Source of the DNA: Eledone cirrhosa
Lineage: Eukaryota
Assembly: GCA_964016885.1 (NCBI GenBank)
Contig: OZ024744.1
Coordinates: 100,068,001 to 100,132,000, forward strand
Length of the DNA stretch: 64,000 nt
Reading direction: 5' to 3'
Both the position numbers and the translations under genes were made by a program. Positions 62,401 through 64,000 of this stretch are shown one piece after another (positions within the stretch are counted from its first letter, which is position 1; each line of letters opens with the position of its first letter). The notes beneath the pieces are model-generated. The model searched no databases and had not been told where the DNA came from. It was given only the letters and a program-made list of their open reading frames with translations.

Positions 62401-64000
62401 GGTGGTAGTTGTAGCACTGTAAAACAGGGTGGTGGGCATGGTTGGAGAGCTGTAAAGAAACAGTAGAAGGTGGTAGTTGTAGCACTGTAAAACAGGGTGG
62501 TGGGCATGGTTGGAGAGCTGTAAAGAAACAGTAGATGGTGGTAGTTGTAGCACCGTAAAACAGGGTGGTGGGCATGGATGGAGAGCTGTAAAGATACAGT
62601 AGATGGTGGGAGTTCTAGCACTGTAAAACAGGGTGGTGGGCATGGTTGGAGAGCTGTAAAGAAACAATAGATGGTGGTAGTTGTAGCACTGTAAAACAGG
62701 GTGGTGGGCATGGTTGGAGAGCTGTAAAGAGACAATAGATTGTGGTAGTTGTAGCACTGTAAAACAGGGTGGTGGGCGTGGTTGGAGAGCTGTAAAGAGA
62801 CAATAGATGGTGGTAGTTGTAGCACTGTAAAACAGGGTGGTGGGCATGGTTGGAGAGCTGTAAAGAAACAGTAGATGGTGGTAGTTGTAGTACTGTAAAA
62901 CATGGTGGTGGGCATGGTTGGAGAGCTGTAAAGATAACAATAGTTGATGGTAGTTGTAGCTCTGTAAAATATGGTGGTGGGCATGGTTGGAGAGCTGTAA
63001 AGAAACAGTAGATGGTGGTAGTTGTAGCACTGTAAAACAAGGTGGTGGGCATGGTTGGAGAGCTGTAAAGAGACAATAGAAGGTGGTAGTTGTAGCACTG
63101 TAAAACAAGGTGGTGGGCATGGTTGGAGAGATGTAAAGAAACAATAGATGGTGGTAGTTGTAGCACTGTAAAACAGGGTGGTGGGCATGGTTGGAGAGCT
63201 GTAAAGAAACAGTAGAAGGTGGTAGTTGTAGCACTGTAAAACAGGGTGGTGGGCATGGTTGGAGAGCTGTAAAGAAATAGTAGAAGGTGGTAGTTGTAGC
63301 ACTGTAAAACAGGGTGGTGGGCATGGTTGGAGAACTGTAAAGAAACAATAGATGGTGGTAGTTGTAGCACTGTAAAACAGGGTGGTGGGCATGGTTGGAG
63401 AGCTGTAAAGAGACAATAGATGGTGGTAGTTGTAGCACTGTAAATCAGGGTGGTGGGCATGGTTGGAGAGCTGTAAAGAAACAATAGATGGTGGTAGTTG
63501 TAGCACTGTAAAACAGGGTGGTGGGCATGGTTGGAGAGCTGTAAAGAAACAGTAGAAGGTGGTAGTTGTAGCACTGTAAAACAGGGTGGTGGGCATGGTT
63601 GGAGAGCTGTAAAGAAACAGTAGATGGTGGTAGTTGTAGCACTGTAAAACAGGGTGGTGGGCATGGTTGGAGAGCTGTAAAGATACAGTAGATGGTGGGA
63701 TTTGTAGCACTGTAAAACAGGGTGGTGGGCATGGTTGGAGAGCTGTAAAGAAACAATAGATGGTGGTAGTTGTAGCACTGTAAAACAGGGTGGTGGGCAT
63801 GGTTGGAGAGCTGTAAAGAGACAATAGATTGTGGTAGTTGTAACACTGTAAAACAGGGTGGTGGGCATGGTTGGAGAGCTGTAAAGAGACAATAGATGGT
63901 GGTAGTTGTAGCACTGTCAAACAGGGTGGTGGGCATGGTTGGAGAGCTGTAAAGAGACAATAGATGGTGGTAGTTGTAGCACTGTAAAACAGGGTGGTGG

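Larger units (their letters stand above)
1..64000. repeat. 68-bp tandem satellite / very large minisatellite array (~941 monomers), extending beyond both window ends
   Basis: The unit aaagaaacaatagatggtggtagttgtagcactgtaaaacagggtggtgggcatggttggagagctgt (68 nt; A21 G25 C6 T16; ~46% GC; no CpG) recurs head-to-tail from base 1 to 64000. Copies usually carry only a few substitutions, and there are rare 65/67/69/70-bp length variants. The consensus has one AluI (AGCT) and one NlaIII (CATG) site. Confidence 0.99.

Noticed and set aside
755-63960. Giant minus-strand ORFs as real CDSs (mucin-like, His/Cys-rich or membrane proteins)
   Set aside because: They overlap in all three frames with the same peptide, the repeat unit is not a multiple of 3, and there are no unique N- or C-terminal domains. 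ORF ends are set by sporadic satellite SNPs.
1-64000. CRISPR array (conserved ~30-bp part plus more variable ~35-bp part)
   Set aside because: The variable part differs only by a few recurring SNPs rather than unique spacers. There is no leader and no cas gene.
1-64000. Primate beta (68-bp Sau3A) satellite
   Set aside because: Only the length matches. The consensus lacks the defining GATC site (one variant GATC seen at 33407), and I see no resemblance to the beta-satellite sequence.
1-64000. Telomeric repeat or rDNA/tRNA/snRNA tandem gene array
   Set aside because: The array is G-rich on one strand but has no TTAGGG-type short unit. There is no cloverleaf or recognisable structured-RNA motif, and with only 6 C per monomer pairing potential is poor.

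Overview
The whole 64-kb window is one uninterrupted head-to-tail tandem array of a 68-bp monomer, about 941 copies, all in one orientation and running off both ends. The consensus is AAAGA[A/G]ACA[A/G]TAGA[T/A]GGTGGTAGTTGTAGCACTGTAAAACAGGGTGGTGGGCATGGTTGGAGAGCTGT. I found no unique sequence, gene, RNA gene, transposon or CRISPR array. The long minus-strand ORFs are an artefact: the monomer lacks TTA/CTA/TCA on the + strand, and 68 is not a multiple of 3, so every frame cycles through the same 68-aa pseudo-peptide. The real structure lies in the variant pattern. Diagnostic SNPs and indels mark nested higher-order repeats and in-register duplications of 3, 9, 13, 21-25, 37, 46, 51, 56, 85, 88 and 98-101 monomers, which replace one another along the array. 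The monomer looks like an old dimer of a ~34-bp unit, is strongly G-skewed and carries a VNTR-core-like, G4-capable tract. This is most consistent with eukaryotic satellite or large-minisatellite DNA. I cannot assign the organism or a named family, and I see no supportable novel gene system. Block boundaries were read by eye and are accurate to about one or two monomers.
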